From the NCBI GenBank assembly GCA_965213925.1, contig OZ243927.1:800001-864000 (forward strand): 64,000 nt of DNA, in the 5' to 3' direction. Below, piece by piece: positions 10,215 through 21,062 of the stretch (the first letter of the stretch is position 1; each line of letters opens with the position of its first letter). The notes beneath the pieces are model-generated. The model was not told the DNA's origin. It worked only from the letters and a program-made list of their open reading frames with translations, and made no database searches. Made by a program: the position numbers and the translations under genes. Origin of the DNA: Trueperaceae bacterium. Its GTDB lineage: Bacteria; Deinococcota; Deinococci; Deinococcales; Trueperaceae.

Positions 10215-11987
10215 TCAGTCATAACGCGCAAAAATCCTCCCGTACAGCTCACAGCGTTCTAGCAGCTCACCGTGTGTGCCCTGGTCAATCAGCCGCCCTT
10301 TGTCAAAGACGAGGATGAGGTCGGCGCGGCGAATCTGTGAGAGGCGGTGGGTGATCATCAGCGTGGTGCGCCCCTCCAAGACGCGGTTGATAGCGCGTTG
10401 GATGGCGTCTTCGGTGGCGCTGTCGGTGGCGCTCGTCGAGTCGTCCAGGATGAGGATGCGTGGGTCGGTCAAGAGGGCGCGGGCGATGGCGAGGCGTTGG
10501 CGCTGTCCGCCCGAGAGCGTCACACCGCGCTCGCCGATGACAGTGTCATAACCGTCTGCGAAACCTGTGATGAAATCGTGGGCTTGGGCGGCTTTCGCCG
10601 CTTTGATAATGGCGTCCCTGTCCGCCTTGCCCACGCCGAAGGCGATGTTGTCGGCAACGGACCTCGAGAACAAAAACACGTCCTGCTCGATAACCGAAAT
10701 CTGCTGGCGCAGTCCGCTTAGTTGCCAACCGCGCACGTCCACCCCATCGATGAAGATGTGCCCCGCCGTCACATCATAGGTACGGTTCACGAGCTTGGTG
10801 AGCGTGCTCTTGCCCGAGCCGGTCTGCCCGACGATCGCCACCGTCGTTCCCGGTGGGGCGCGAAACGACACCTCACTGAGCGCCTCTTTGCCGCCCACGC
10901 CCGCGTAGGCAAAGCTCACCTCTTCAAAAACGATGTCGCCGAGGACGTCCGCGTCGTATCCGTCCACGTTTTCATCCAACTCCGTCTCGGCTCGCATCAA
11001 TGCTAGGATGCGCTCCGCCCCAGCAAGTCCAAGCTGTACGAGCGAAAAGGTGAAGACCGAGATGAACGCCGTGAAACGCATCGCGCCGACCAGACCCATG
11101 TAGGCGACCACGTCACCAATGGAGAGTTGACCTCTCGAAAGCAGCCACAGCCCGTGCGCGAACGCCGCGGCGAACGCGACGCCGAAGAGCAAAATAGGCA
11201 GATAGCGCGCCTGCACCTGACCCTGCTTGACGAAGTGGTCGCGGTAGAGGGATGCATCCTGGACGAACTTACGCCGCTCCTGCGCCTCTTGCACGACCGA
11301 CTTGACAACCTCGATGCCTGCGATCGTCTCGTTGAGCCCCGCGTTCATCACCCCATACTGCGCCCGCATTGCGCCTGAAACCGGGTTGAGCTGCCGCATA
11401 TAGCGGCGCAGGGCGAAGACGAACACCACCACGAAGGCGACGGGCGCGGCGAGTAGCCGCAGGTCGATGAAGGCGATGAAGATAAGCGGCACCGCCGTAC
11501 TGATGATTGACTCCGAGATAAGCGCCACGCCGGGGTTCATCATCGGGTTGAGCTGCCGCACGTCGCCTGTAGCCCGCGCCATGATGTCACCGACGCGCTG
11601 CCGGTTGTGAAAGGTCTGGCTCTTACCGAGCAAGCTCACATAGAGTTCGTCCCTCGCGCCCCGCTCCAAGCGCTGTCCGAGCGTCTCGATGGAGAAGCTA
11701 TTGATGAGGTCGAGCACGCCCCGCACGAGCACCGTGCCGAGGATGACGAGCGATAAGGTGAGCAAACGCTGCGCGCTCGGTTCGGGTTGCACCACCTCAT
11801 CGAAGGCGAGCCCGGTCAAGCGCGGCACGGCGGAAAAGAGGACGTTAGTGAGCGTGACCGAGAGAAGAAAACTAGCGAGCAGAAGTTTGTAGCGCGTGAG
11901 GTGTGAGAGTACCCAGCGTACCGGTCCCGCACGGTTGTATGTTGCCGCGCCCGCAATACTGAACTCACTATTGGCCGCTTTTTGCAC
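10215..11987 (-). CDS. ABC exporter ATP-binding/permease subunit (degenerate site)
   Basis: GQTGSGKS, LSGGQRQ, Walker B LILDDS (E to D), typical of heterodimeric exporters. Confidence 0.95.
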   Translation of the reverse strand: MQKAANSEFSIAGAATYNRAGPVRWVLSHLTRYKLLLASFLLSVTLTNVLFSAVPRLTGLAFDEVVQPEPSAQRLLTLSLVILGTVLVRGVLDLINSFSIETLGQRLERGARDELYVSLLGKSQTFHNRQRVGDIMARATGDVRQLNPMMNPGVALISESIISTAVPLIFIAFIDLRLLAAPVAFVVVFVFALRRYMRQLNPVSGAMRAQYGVMNAGLNETIAGIEVVKSVVQEAQERRKFVQDASLYRDHFVKQGQVQARYLPILLFGVAFAAAFAHGLWLLSRGQLSIGDVVAYMGLVGAMRFTAFISVFTFSLVQLGLAGAERILALMRAETELDENVDGYDADVLGDIVFEEVSFAYAGVGGKEALSEVSFRAPPGTTVAIVGQTGSGKSTLTKLVNRTYDVTAGHIFIDGVDVRGWQLSGLRQQISVIEQDVFLFSRSVADNIAFGVGKADRDAIIKAAKAAQAHDFITGFADGYDTVIGERGVTLSGGQRQRLAIARALLTDPRILILDDSTSATDSATEDAIQRAINRVLEGRTTLMITHRLSQIRRADLILVFDKGRLIDQGTHGELLERCELYGRIFARYD

Positions 11988-12149
11988 GCGCGCTCCTTCT
12001 GAATTCTCGATTCTGCCTAATCCTCAACCGCATATACCTTAATTATTAAGGTGACTAGCGATACTATAAACTATCTTGTTTCGATTTGCAATGCTCGCTG
12101 CTGAAAAGCGGTTCCACATACCGACAATAGAAGGTGTTGCGCAAACTTC

Positions 12150-12254
12150 TTGGCTCGTTCAGCAAGTTCGCTCTAGATCGCTGATAGGCTAAATCGTGCT
12201 CGCAACACGAAAATTCGCCTTCAAATACTATGCGAGATTTACCGGATGATCCAA
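12150..12254. mobile_element. Degenerate IS630-derived MITE (105 bp)
   Basis: TTGGCTCGTTCAGCAAGTTC...GATTTACCGGATGATCCAA, followed by a REP variant CAGTTGCGCGCGACTG. Confidence 0.6.
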
Positions 12255-12371
12255 AAGGTACAGTTGCGCGCGACTGGCGCAGAAGCGCAAGGGCACCCGC
12301 TGACCTCTGTGCTCCGCCGCACGCGCCGCTTGCCGCCCTCGCCTGCCTAGGAAACCGAGGTAATGGCAAAC

Positions 12372-13340
12372 TCAGTGGCTATACAGCTTTGTAGTCGCTT
12401 TAGCCGCCTCCGCGACCCGCTTACGCAGGGCTAGAGGCTCTATCACCTCGACCTCCGGACCGAAGGAGAGTAGGTACTCGCACGCCTCCCACGCCACCTC
12501 GAAGAGGATCTCCAAGGTTAGCCAGCCCCGAGCGTCGAGTGGGTCGCACGGCTCTACGCTCAGCACCCGCGCGTACCTACCCGAGGTGCGCATCCTCTTT
12601 ACGAGCCCAGGCGCGGCACGGACCTTAGCCGGATACCGCGGCAAGGCCGCCTTGAACGCGACCTTCGACGTTTCCCAGTAGCGAACCAGATCGAACCCAT
12701 CCGGACGGCGACAGGGCTCATCCGTGACCTCGGCGCTCTGGACACGTGAGATACGGTAGGTCCGCGCTTCGCCCTCGCTGGCGGCAACAAGGTACCAGGT
12801 ACTGCCACGCGCCACCAGACCTAAGGGGTCCGCTAGCCGCTCGACTATCCTCCCGTCTCCACGCGCGTAGACGAAGCGTAGCTTGCGCTCCTGCCACACG
12901 GCCTCCTGGAGGGTGAGCAGATGAGGGACGGCGTCCCTATGTTCTTGCCAGCCGGTCGTATCGACGTGGAGGCGCTGCCGCGCGTGCCTAGCGTCCGGGC
13001 GTTGCCTCTCGGGGAGGGCAGCGGTCAGCTTGACGAGGGCAGCCTCGGCTGTTCGCGACAGACCGAGATCATGCAGTAGCGCTCGGGGCGTGCCGACGAA
13101 GAGCGCCCTGGCCTCCGCTTCGCTGAGCCCGGTAAGTTGCGTGCGGTAGTCCCCGAGTAGTGCCACACCCCCGCTCGGTCCCGGCGCGCCGTAGACCGGC
13201 ACCCCAGCGGCGGTCAGCGCGTCCAAATCGCGGTAGATAGTGCGCCGAGAGACCTCGAGTCGCCGTGCCAACTCCTCAGCTTTGACCTTCCCTTCGGTCT
13301 GGAGTATCAAGAGCAGGCTCAGCAAGCGGTCGGCGCGCAC
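12372..13340 (-). CDS. YafY-family HTH-WYL transcriptional regulator
   Basis: RADRLLSLLLILQ...LEVSRRTIYRD; GSTWYLVA; TYRISRV; GTG start after AGGAGG. Confidence 0.95.
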   Translation of the reverse strand: MRADRLLSLLLILQTEGKVKAEELARRLEVSRRTIYRDLDALTAAGVPVYGAPGPSGGVALLGDYRTQLTGLSEAEARALFVGTPRALLHDLGLSRTAEAALVKLTAALPERQRPDARHARQRLHVDTTGWQEHRDAVPHLLTLQEAVWQERKLRFVYARGDGRIVERLADPLGLVARGSTWYLVAASEGEARTYRISRVQSAEVTDEPCRRPDGFDLVRYWETSKVAFKAALPRYPAKVRAAPGLVKRMRTSGRYARVLSVEPCDPLDARGWLTLEILFEVAWEACEYLLSFGPEVEVIEPLALRKRVAEAAKATTKLYSH

Positions 13341-13387
13341 GGTTCTTCCTCCTAAGTTCTTCCTCATCTGACCCTACAGCGAATCCT

Positions 13388-13402
13388 TGACAGGAGGTGT
13401 CA
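13388..13402. promoter_or_regulatory. Putative WYL-regulator operator overlapping a TTGACA -35
   Basis: TGACA-GGAGG-TGTCA inverted repeat between divergent genes. Confidence 0.55.
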
Positions 13403-13432
13403 TGAACCCCTTTTACACTCGCCTTGGAGGTC

Positions 13433-14329
13433 ATGATGCAGACACTAACAGGCAGAGTGGCGGTGGTCGCGGGAGCGACACGTGGGGCAGGACGGGGCAT
13501 CGCGGTCGAACTCGGGGCGGCAGGTGCAACGGTCTACTGCACAGGGCGCAGCGTCCGCGGGCAGCCCTCCGACCTGGACCGGCCCGAGACGATCGAAGAG
13601 ACCGCCGAGCTGGTGACGGCGGCGGGCGGTCACGGTATCGCGGTGCGCACCGACCATACCAAGGAGGAGGAGGTCAAGCGGCTGTTCGAATATATCAGCG
13701 CGGAGCAGAACGAACGACTTGACATCTTAGTCAACGACGTCTGGGGCGGCGACTCGCTCATCCGCTGGGGGCACCCGTTCTGGGAGCAAGATTCAAACGT
13801 GGTGGCCAAACTCATCGAGCGAGCCGTGTTCAGCCATATCCTCACCAGCCGCTACGGGGTGCCGCTGATGGTGGCCCGGGGGCGCGGGCTGATCGTCGAG
13901 ATCACCGACGGGGACACCCTGAACTACCGCGGCAACTTCCTCTACGACCTCGTCAAAACCTCAGTGATCCGCCTGGCTGTGGGGATGGCAGCTGACCTGA
14001 AGGCGCACGCGGCTAGGCGGAGGTCAGAAATCACCGCGCTGGCGCTAACGCCGGGATTCTTACGCTCTGAAGAGATGTTGGACCACTTCGGCGTCACCGA
14101 GGCTAACTGGCAAGATGGCGCGAAAAAAGACCCGAACTTCATCGCGTCTGAGACGCCGCACTTCATCGGGCGGGCGGTGGCGGCGCTCTCGGCGGACCCC
14201 GGCGTACATGAGAAGGCGGGCAAGGTGTTCTCGAGCTGGGGGCTTTCGGACGAATACGGTTTCACTGACCTGGGCGGGGCGAGGCCGCACTGGGGGCGGC
14301 ACTACAACGAGGCTGGGCTGGGGGAATGA
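13433..14329 (+). CDS. SDR family oxidoreductase (DHRS1-like)
   Basis: GATRGAGRG, LDILVND, YDLVK. Confidence 0.9.
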   Translation: MMQTLTGRVAVVAGATRGAGRGIAVELGAAGATVYCTGRSVRGQPSDLDRPETIEETAELVTAAGGHGIAVRTDHTKEEEVKRLFEYISAEQNERLDILVNDVWGGDSLIRWGHPFWEQDSNVVAKLIERAVFSHILTSRYGVPLMVARGRGLIVEITDGDTLNYRGNFLYDLVKTSVIRLAVGMAADLKAHAARRRSEITALALTPGFLRSEEMLDHFGVTEANWQDGAKKDPNFIASETPHFIGRAVAALSADPGVHEKAGKVFSSWGLSDEYGFTDLGGARPHWGRHYNEAGLGE

Positions 14330-14649
14330 GGATGCCGGAGGCACTCGCCTTCCCCTTCGTCTACCCGTTTCAAGAGGAGTGGTGCTGCGATGATGACCCG
14401 CTCTTTTGCGTAAGTAGCGCGCAACTCACGCTCTATTTTCGAGATTAGTTATCCCGCTATACCTCGACGGTTTGGAGGTAGATTTCGAAGCCAGGCCTAA
14501 GCAAGCCGTTGATGCGCCGTGTCTGCTTGTATTGGTAGGTTAGGCGACCGGCGGCATTAGCTCCCGCACGCGAGCACTTTCGTGTACGCTTGAGACGCTC
14601 ACTACCGTCTAATCCCTATCAACAGAGGTCCAATCAGCGCGCTTTAGAG

Positions 14650-14966
14650 CACTTCTGACGGGAATGCTCAGTTTCGTCCAGACTACTTCGTGATGACTAC
14701 CATTGAGGTCGTCGAAGCTGAAGATGAGGATGGACCCCGCGTCGGTCACCTCACCGTCACTCGCGCCTTCAGCAACGACGCGGCGGCAGTTCGCGGAGGG
14801 TCGCTGCGCACACGGCGTTAAAGGCGAAGTAATCTAGGCGTCCGCGCTGGAACATCGGCTGAGGATCAGGAGGCTGGACGCCAGGTACTACGAAAGAATG
14901 CAGCAGAGTGCGGGGACCCATCTTGATGAAGGCGTAACGCACACCCTCATCGTTCTGATCGAGCAC
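14650..14966 (-). pseudogene. Frameshifted VOC-family remnant
   Basis: PMFQRGRLDYFAFN continues in another frame as GASDGEVTDAGSILIFSFDDLNGSHHEVVW. Confidence 0.45.
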
Positions 14967-15296
14967 CAGCTCGGCGTACGCCGAGCAGCCAAGGCGCGAC
15001 CACTGCGTGGGGGCAGTCGGTCTCCCAAGTTCCCCCTCCGGCGGGCTCTACGACGCCTCGGGGGGTGACAGTACACGCACCACACGCGTAAGCGCTTCCT
15101 CTATACCCAAGCGGAGCCGCACCCCCTTAGCGTGAATCTTCTCGGTGTAGGTGTGGGTCTCGCGGCGGTGGCGCTGTCGCGGGCGAAACGCCCCTAGAAG
15201 TCGTTATAATTCTCTAGCGCATGAGAAGGTTATCCCGAACCCGGAGCCCATCTTTAGCGCCGCAGCTTCAAGAGACTTTCAGTAAGAGGGGGCGCG

Positions 15297-16271
15297 ATGA
15301 ATAAGACCAAAGCGGCAAAGACATCTATAGACCGGGTGACCGGAGAGAAACGTTCACTCCAGAGGCTTACACAGGACATTACCTACTTGCGTACGCGCAT
15401 CGTCAATCTCTACTTCGTAGGCGAACCCAGAGCTCAGAGCGGCGAATGGGTGCTCGTCGACGCCGGTTTGCCCTGGTCTGCCGGAAGGATAGTAGGGGTG
15501 GCCGAAGAACTCTTTGGGCGCGGCAGCCGACCTGCGGCCATCGTGCTCACCCACGGACACTTCGACCACGTCGGCGCGCTGCCCGAACTCGCCCGGCGGT
15601 GGGAGGTGCCGGTCTGGGTGCACCCCCTCGAGCTCCCCTACCTCACGGGCCGCTCGAGCTACCCGCCCGCTGACCCCGGCGTTGGGGGCGGTTTGATGGC
15701 GCGCCTCGCCCCGCTCTACCCGCGCCACCCTATCGACCTGAGGGGGTATGTGCGATCCCTACCGGCCGACGGGACAGTGCCGCCGCTTCCCGGCTGGCGC
15801 GCCCTTCACACGCCCGGTCACAGCCCCGGTCACATCTCCTTGTTCCGCGAGTCGGACCGGGTGCTCCTTGCCGGTGATGCGTTCACTACCGTTAAGCAGG
15901 AGTCGGCCCTGGCAGTGCTGAGACAGCGCCAACAGGTCCACGGCCCGCCCGCCTACTTCACCATCGACTGGCAGAAGTCTCGGGAGTCGGTGGTACGGCT
16001 CGCCGCGCTAAAGCCGTCGCTGGCGGCGACCGGGCACGGCCTGCCGATGAGCGGCGAGCGGCTGTCGCGTGAACTCGAGGGGCTGGCACAGAAATTCGAC
16101 CGGTCTGCAGTGCCCGCACGTGGACGTTACGTTCGCCGCCCGGTCCTCACAGATGAGCGCGGCGTGGTCGCGGTGCCGCCCCCTAGAGGGACTTCCTACG
16201 TCTCCTTGGGTCTCAAGATGGTGCTCCTCGGGGTTGCGCTCGCCGCCGTACGCAGGCGTGTTCATTTTTGA
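15297..16271 (+). CDS. MBL-fold metallo-hydrolase with C-terminal membrane anchor
   Basis: THGHFDHVG, HTPGHSPGH, AGDA, GHG; hydrophobic tail. Confidence 0.92.
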   Translation: MNKTKAAKTSIDRVTGEKRSLQRLTQDITYLRTRIVNLYFVGEPRAQSGEWVLVDAGLPWSAGRIVGVAEELFGRGSRPAAIVLTHGHFDHVGALPELARRWEVPVWVHPLELPYLTGRSSYPPADPGVGGGLMARLAPLYPRHPIDLRGYVRSLPADGTVPPLPGWRALHTPGHSPGHISLFRESDRVLLAGDAFTTVKQESALAVLRQRQQVHGPPAYFTIDWQKSRESVVRLAALKPSLAATGHGLPMSGERLSRELEGLAQKFDRSAVPARGRYVRRPVLTDERGVVAVPPPRGTSYVSLGLKMVLLGVALAAVRRRVHF

Positions 16272-16565
16272 GCCGCGCTGGACGTCCGGGGTTTATGACC
16301 GCCGCAGGTCGTAAATAGAAGCCGGACCTCGCGAGAAGAGGCGGCTGGGAAGCGCGCCGACCAGCCCGTAGCGTGCCGCAGCCCGTGGTTTGTGGGTAAG
16401 GGAGAGGTAGAACGCTCAAAGTAGCGGCGACGGTGAACTCGTCGCCAAAGAGCCAAGGCGAAACCGCTATAACCCCCCCGACTAGGTCAGTCTCAGAGGC
16501 TACTTCGGGACGTCAGGTCCAGAGCCGTCACTTGGGTGTTACCCTTGGTACGAGGGGGAATAAGT

Positions 16566-18350
16566 ATGAACGTTAGAACAGAAACGGTTGCGCTGGGCGT
16601 CGTGCGCGTGCCTATAGTCTTCGTCAACGCTTATCTGATTGATGCGCCGCAAGGGAGTTGGGTCTTGGTCGATACGGGGCTGCCCAACTCGAGCCGCTAC
16701 CTCCGCGAGGCGGCTGAAGAGCGCTACAAAGAGAAGAGACCAGAAGCGATTATCCTCACCCACGGACACTTCGACCACGCGGGCACGGCGCTCGAGTTAG
16801 CCGAAACTTGGAGCGTGCCCATCTACGCGCACCCGCTCGAGCTGCCCTACTTAACGGGCGCATCGGACTACCCGCCACAAGACCCAACCGTAGGCGGTGC
16901 AATCGCGATGATGTCTCGAGCCTTCCCGCACCGCGGCTACGATTTCGGTGCTCGGGTGCAGCCCCTCCCGGCGGACGGCAGCGTGCCGGGGCTACCGGGG
17001 TGGCGCACGCTGCACACGCCGGGTCATACACCCGGTCATGTGTCCTTGTGGCGCGAGTCGGACCGGACCCTCATCGCGGGCGACGCGCTCGCCACGATGG
17101 ACCTAGATTCGTGGACCTCTCAGCTTACACACAGGCGGGAGCTGAGTCGCCCGCCTACGCCCTTTACACCTGACTGGGGCGCGGCGGAGCGTTCGCTTTC
17201 GAGGCTTGCAGAACTCGGACCCCTCGCCCTCGCCGCAGGTCACGGCAGGTCGCTCTCCGGGTCTGACTTGGCGGCTCAGTTGCGACGCTTCACCGACGAC
17301 TTCTCGCCGCCGCAGCGAGGACGTTATGCCCAGAGTCCAGCCCGCACCGATGAACGGGGGGTCGTGGCGCTGCCGCCGCCTGTACACGACCCGCTACCGA
17401 AGCGGATTGCTTGGGGGGCGCTGGCGACCGCATTAGGGGTAGCTGCAGCAGCGGCCATTAGAGCAGCGCGGCGTTCGCCGGATAGTGCACGTTATACCGA
17501 AGGAACCGCCCTCGCCGAACGAACTGCTTTAGTCGGTGATATTAGGATGCGCTGGCTCGAGCACGGGCAGGGTCAGCCGGTGGTGTTCGTGCACGGCATC
17601 CCGACCTCCCCCGAGCTGTGGCGAGAGGTGATGCCGCGCCTCGGTGCCCGCACTTTAGCGTGGGAAATGGTCGGTTACGGAAAATCTATACCCGAGGGGA
17701 GCGGTCGCGACATTTCGGTCGCGAAGCAGGCGGACTACCTCACCGCCTGGCTGGACCACCTCAATATAGAACGCGCTGTACTGGTCGGACACGACTTGGG
17801 CGGGGGTGTAGTCCAAAACCTGGCTGTTCGCCACTCGGAGCGGTGCGTAGGGCTCTTGCTCACCAACGCCATCGGCTACGACTCGTGGCCCATCCCGGAG
17901 GTGGAGGCTATCCGGGCTCTAGGCGGTCTCATTCGCCGTCTACCGAACTCCGTTGTCAAACTGATACACCGACTACTCTTCAGCCTCGGACACGACGAGG
18001 CGACGGAGGCGCGGGAGGCGCTCGCAGTTCACTGGCAGCATTACGTACACCAGGGTGCGGGAGAGGCATTTATACGTCAGGTCCGTTCACTCAACGTACA
18101 GGACACTTTGGACGTGCAAAGCACGCTGCCTCACCTAAATGTACCCGCCAGAATTGTGTGGGGCGCAGCCGACCAGTTCCAGAAGGTCCGCTACGGCGAG
18201 CGGTTCGCGCGCGACCTGGGAACGACCCTCCAGCGCATCGAGGGAGGCAAACACTTTACGCCCGAAGACTATCCCGAGGTGCTCGCTGAGGCGCTGAGCA
18301 GTCTCCTCTTAGAGATTCAGGAAATTTCTACGGCGCGGCGAAGTGAGTAG
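16566..18350 (+). CDS. MBL-fold hydrolase fused to an alpha/beta hydrolase
   Basis: THGHFDHAG / HTPGHTPGH, TM-like linker, then VFVHGIP, GHDLGG, GKHF. Confidence 0.85.
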   Translation: MNVRTETVALGVVRVPIVFVNAYLIDAPQGSWVLVDTGLPNSSRYLREAAEERYKEKRPEAIILTHGHFDHAGTALELAETWSVPIYAHPLELPYLTGASDYPPQDPTVGGAIAMMSRAFPHRGYDFGARVQPLPADGSVPGLPGWRTLHTPGHTPGHVSLWRESDRTLIAGDALATMDLDSWTSQLTHRRELSRPPTPFTPDWGAAERSLSRLAELGPLALAAGHGRSLSGSDLAAQLRRFTDDFSPPQRGRYAQSPARTDERGVVALPPPVHDPLPKRIAWGALATALGVAAAAAIRAARRSPDSARYTEGTALAERTALVGDIRMRWLEHGQGQPVVFVHGIPTSPELWREVMPRLGARTLAWEMVGYGKSIPEGSGRDISVAKQADYLTAWLDHLNIERAVLVGHDLGGGVVQNLAVRHSERCVGLLLTNAIGYDSWPIPEVEAIRALGGLIRRLPNSVVKLIHRLLFSLGHDEATEAREALAVHWQHYVHQGAGEAFIRQVRSLNVQDTLDVQSTLPHLNVPARIVWGAADQFQKVRYGERFARDLGTTLQRIEGGKHFTPEDYPEVLAEALSSLLLEIQEISTARRSE

Positions 18351-18404
18351 CGTTTACGTTTCTAAGGCGGGAGGTAGAGGGTCTAGTCGTGAAAGGGGTA
18401 AGCA

Positions 18405-19421
18405 GTGAGCGTAAAACTAAAGAAGCTAGAAGGTCAAGTAATCGTCATCACGGGCGCGTCCTCGGGCATCGGGCTGGTAACGGCGCGGCTCGCGGCGGGG
18501 CGGGGCGCGCGGCTGGTGCTGGCGGCGCGGAGCGAGGCGGCGCTCCGGCAGCTGACCGAAGAGCTGAACCGAAGCGGCGCTCAAGCCGTCTACGTCGTTT
18601 GTGATGTGAGTAAGCGCGACGACGTGCGCGAAGTCGCGCGGACCGCTCAGGCGACCTTCGGCGGCTTCGACACCTGGGTGAATAACGCGGGCGCGTTCAT
18701 CTTCGGCAAGCTCGAGGAGGTGCCCGTAGAGGACATGCGTAAGCTCTTCGAGACGAACGTCTGGGGACTTGTCTACGGCTCGCTCGAGGCTGTGAAACAC
18801 CTTAAAAGGCGCGACAAAGAATATGGTGGCGCTCTAATCAACATCGGCAGCGTCTTGTCTGAGCGCGCCATCTTGCTGCAGGGCGCTTACAGCGCGTCCA
18901 AGCACGCCGTCAAGGGCTTTACCGACGCGCTGCGCATGGAGCTGGAGAACGAGGGTGCGCCCGTGTCCGTCACGCTGGTCAAGCCGAGCGCCGTCGACAC
19001 GCCCTACCCGCACCACGCGAAGAACTACATGGACGCGGCGGCGGAGGTGCCGCCGCCCGTCTACGCGCCGGAAACCGTCGCCCGCACCATCTTGTATTGC
19101 GCGGAGCACCCGAGGCGTGACGCCTACGTCGGCTCGGGCGGCAAGAACCTGGCCGCGCTCAGCCACTATGCGCCGAGCTTTTTGGACAAGGTGATGGAGA
19201 CGGTGTTTGTGAAGCAGGAGCGCAAAGACCAGCCGCCCCTCCCCCTGGAACAAAACAGCTTGGATAGACCAGCAGGCAAGCTGGAGGAGCGCGGCGGCTA
19301 CGAGGGGTTAGTCATCGGCTCGAGCCCCTACACCGCCGCCTCGCTACGTCCGGGGCTCGCCGGGATTTTGCTCGCCGGTGCGGGGCTCGCTGCCGCGCTA
19401 TGGTACGCGGTGCGGCGGTAA
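18405..19421 (+). CDS. SDR family oxidoreductase
   Basis: TGASSGIG, NNAG, YSASK. Confidence 0.93.
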   Translation: MSVKLKKLEGQVIVITGASSGIGLVTARLAAGRGARLVLAARSEAALRQLTEELNRSGAQAVYVVCDVSKRDDVREVARTAQATFGGFDTWVNNAGAFIFGKLEEVPVEDMRKLFETNVWGLVYGSLEAVKHLKRRDKEYGGALINIGSVLSERAILLQGAYSASKHAVKGFTDALRMELENEGAPVSVTLVKPSAVDTPYPHHAKNYMDAAAEVPPPVYAPETVARTILYCAEHPRRDAYVGSGGKNLAALSHYAPSFLDKVMETVFVKQERKDQPPLPLEQNSLDRPAGKLEERGGYEGLVIGSSPYTAASLRPGLAGILLAGAGLAAALWYAVRR

Positions 19422-19438
19422 ATGGAGGCTGCTACTAA

Positions 19439-19578
19439 TAGCATTTGCAGGGGTCTTTGACAGGTGTGTCAAAGACCCCCGAGCGGATGCGTTCACGAAG
19501 TCGCCAGTGGGAACGCAGTGACGCGAAGCCTTGTACCAATGAACGCTCTCAGTGTGTCAATAACTGATGCAAATGCTG
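19439..19578 (-). repeat. Dispersed hairpin element E3
   Basis: TAGCATTTGCA...TGCAAATGCTG ends, hairpin GGGGTCTTTGACA-GGTG-TGTCAAAGACCCC, GAGCGGATGCG (reverse complement of the E1/E2 core). Confidence 0.75.
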
Positions 19579-19707
19579 TCAAGAGGCGAAAGGCAAGGAG
19601 CGCTGCTGAAGCCTGCTGCACCGCGTAACGAAACTGCACAACAAAGAGGCGACTAAACGCTCGCCGCCGCATAAGGACCGCTCGACGCTGTGAATAAAGG
19701 AGACGCG

Positions 19708-20232
19708 ATGAACCCAACGCAACTCAGCCGCGAACTGCGCAACCACAAAACTCCCGACTTGACCCGCCGCCGCTGGATCGTCGGCTTAAACCTCTTGGGT
19801 GTCTCGATGGGCCAGCTCGTCTCGGCCTACCAGACGGGCCTCATCCCCCGCCTGCCCGACCCGCCCGGCAAGCTCGGTGAGGTTTTTAATGCGACCAAGG
19901 TGGACGCTTCGGACTACGCCTACAAGCGCTACCGCAGCCCCGACGGGGTGGCGATGGTGACGACCTACGCCGTCACGACCTGGCTCGCGGGCGCGGGCGG
20001 CGAAGACCGGGCGAACGAGACACCGCTGCTGCCCATCGCGATGGGCGCGAAGCTCCTCTACGACGTAGGCACGACCTTGCAGCTGGCCCGCGAGGAGTGG
20101 GAGGAGAACGGGGCGTTTTGCCAGTACTGCCAGGTGGCGACGCTCGCCTCGGTCGTCTCTGCTGCGCTCGCTGCGCCCGAAGTGTGGCGGGCGGTGAAGG
20201 CGCTGCGTGACAAGTCCGGTCAGTCGTCGTAA
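19708..20232 (+). CDS. Vitamin K epoxide reductase (VKOR)-family membrane protein
   Basis: YQTG..PRLPDPP, VDASDYAY, CQYC (CxxC) before the last TM helix. Confidence 0.7.
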   Translation: MNPTQLSRELRNHKTPDLTRRRWIVGLNLLGVSMGQLVSAYQTGLIPRLPDPPGKLGEVFNATKVDASDYAYKRYRSPDGVAMVTTYAVTTWLAGAGGEDRANETPLLPIAMGAKLLYDVGTTLQLAREEWEENGAFCQYCQVATLASVVSAALAAPEVWRAVKALRDKSGQSS

Positions 20233-20284
20233 GCAACCTCGAGTTTTAGAGGAGACGTTGGGCTAGGTAGACGAGCGGTTCCGG

Positions 20285-21062
20285 GTGAACGTGGAGGGCG
20301 TGACGAACCTCTGTAAGCTCTTCTCCTGGCCCGAAGGACTACCGAGCCACTTGCGCCCCTTCACGTCGGGGCAGATTCAAGAAGGGGGCGAACTCGGCTA
20401 CAGCCTCTCGCACGCTTACGGCGCAGCCTTCGACAACTCCGAGCTGATCGTGGCGTGCGTGGTGGGTGACGGCGAGGCGGAGGCGGGGCCCTTGGCGGCC
20501 GCGTGGCACTCGAACAAGTTCCTAAACCCGGCTAGGGACGGCGCGGTTTTGCCCATCCTGCACCTTGACGAGCATAAGATAGGCGGCTTGATCCTCTTCG
20601 GGCGGATGAATCATGGGGAGCTGCAGAACCTCTTCACGGGCTACGGCCACCGCGTGCACTTCGTGGCGGGCGACGAGCCGGAGGCTGTTCACAGGTCGCT
20701 TTGGGGAACGCTGAATCGATGTTATGAAGAGGTCGAAGCGGCGCGAAAGGAAGCTAGGTCCAATCCAGACTCTAAACCCACCTTGCCGCTGATCGTCTTG
20801 CGCACGCCGAAAGGGTGGACCGGTCCTAAGACACTGGCGGGTCAATCCGTCGAAGGGACCTTCCGCTCGCACGGCACGCCGCTGTCTGACCCTAAAGACG
20901 ACGAGGAGTTTGAGACGCTCAAGACGTGGCTCGAGAGCTACGACCCTGCGTCGTTCAACGAGGTGGGAGAGCCAGACGAGGCAGTGCGGTCTCTATTGCC
21001 CGAATCTGACAAGAGGTTAGGCCGCAATCCGCACGCGAACGACGGTGCGCTCCTAGTCCCTC
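20285..21062 (+). pseudogene. xfp: Phosphoketolase internal fragment
   Basis: EGGELGYSLSHAYGAAFDN, GDGEAE, WHSNKFLNP.RDGAVLPILHL, LRTPKGWTGPK; both ends missing, 3' end cut by IS21. Confidence 0.85.
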
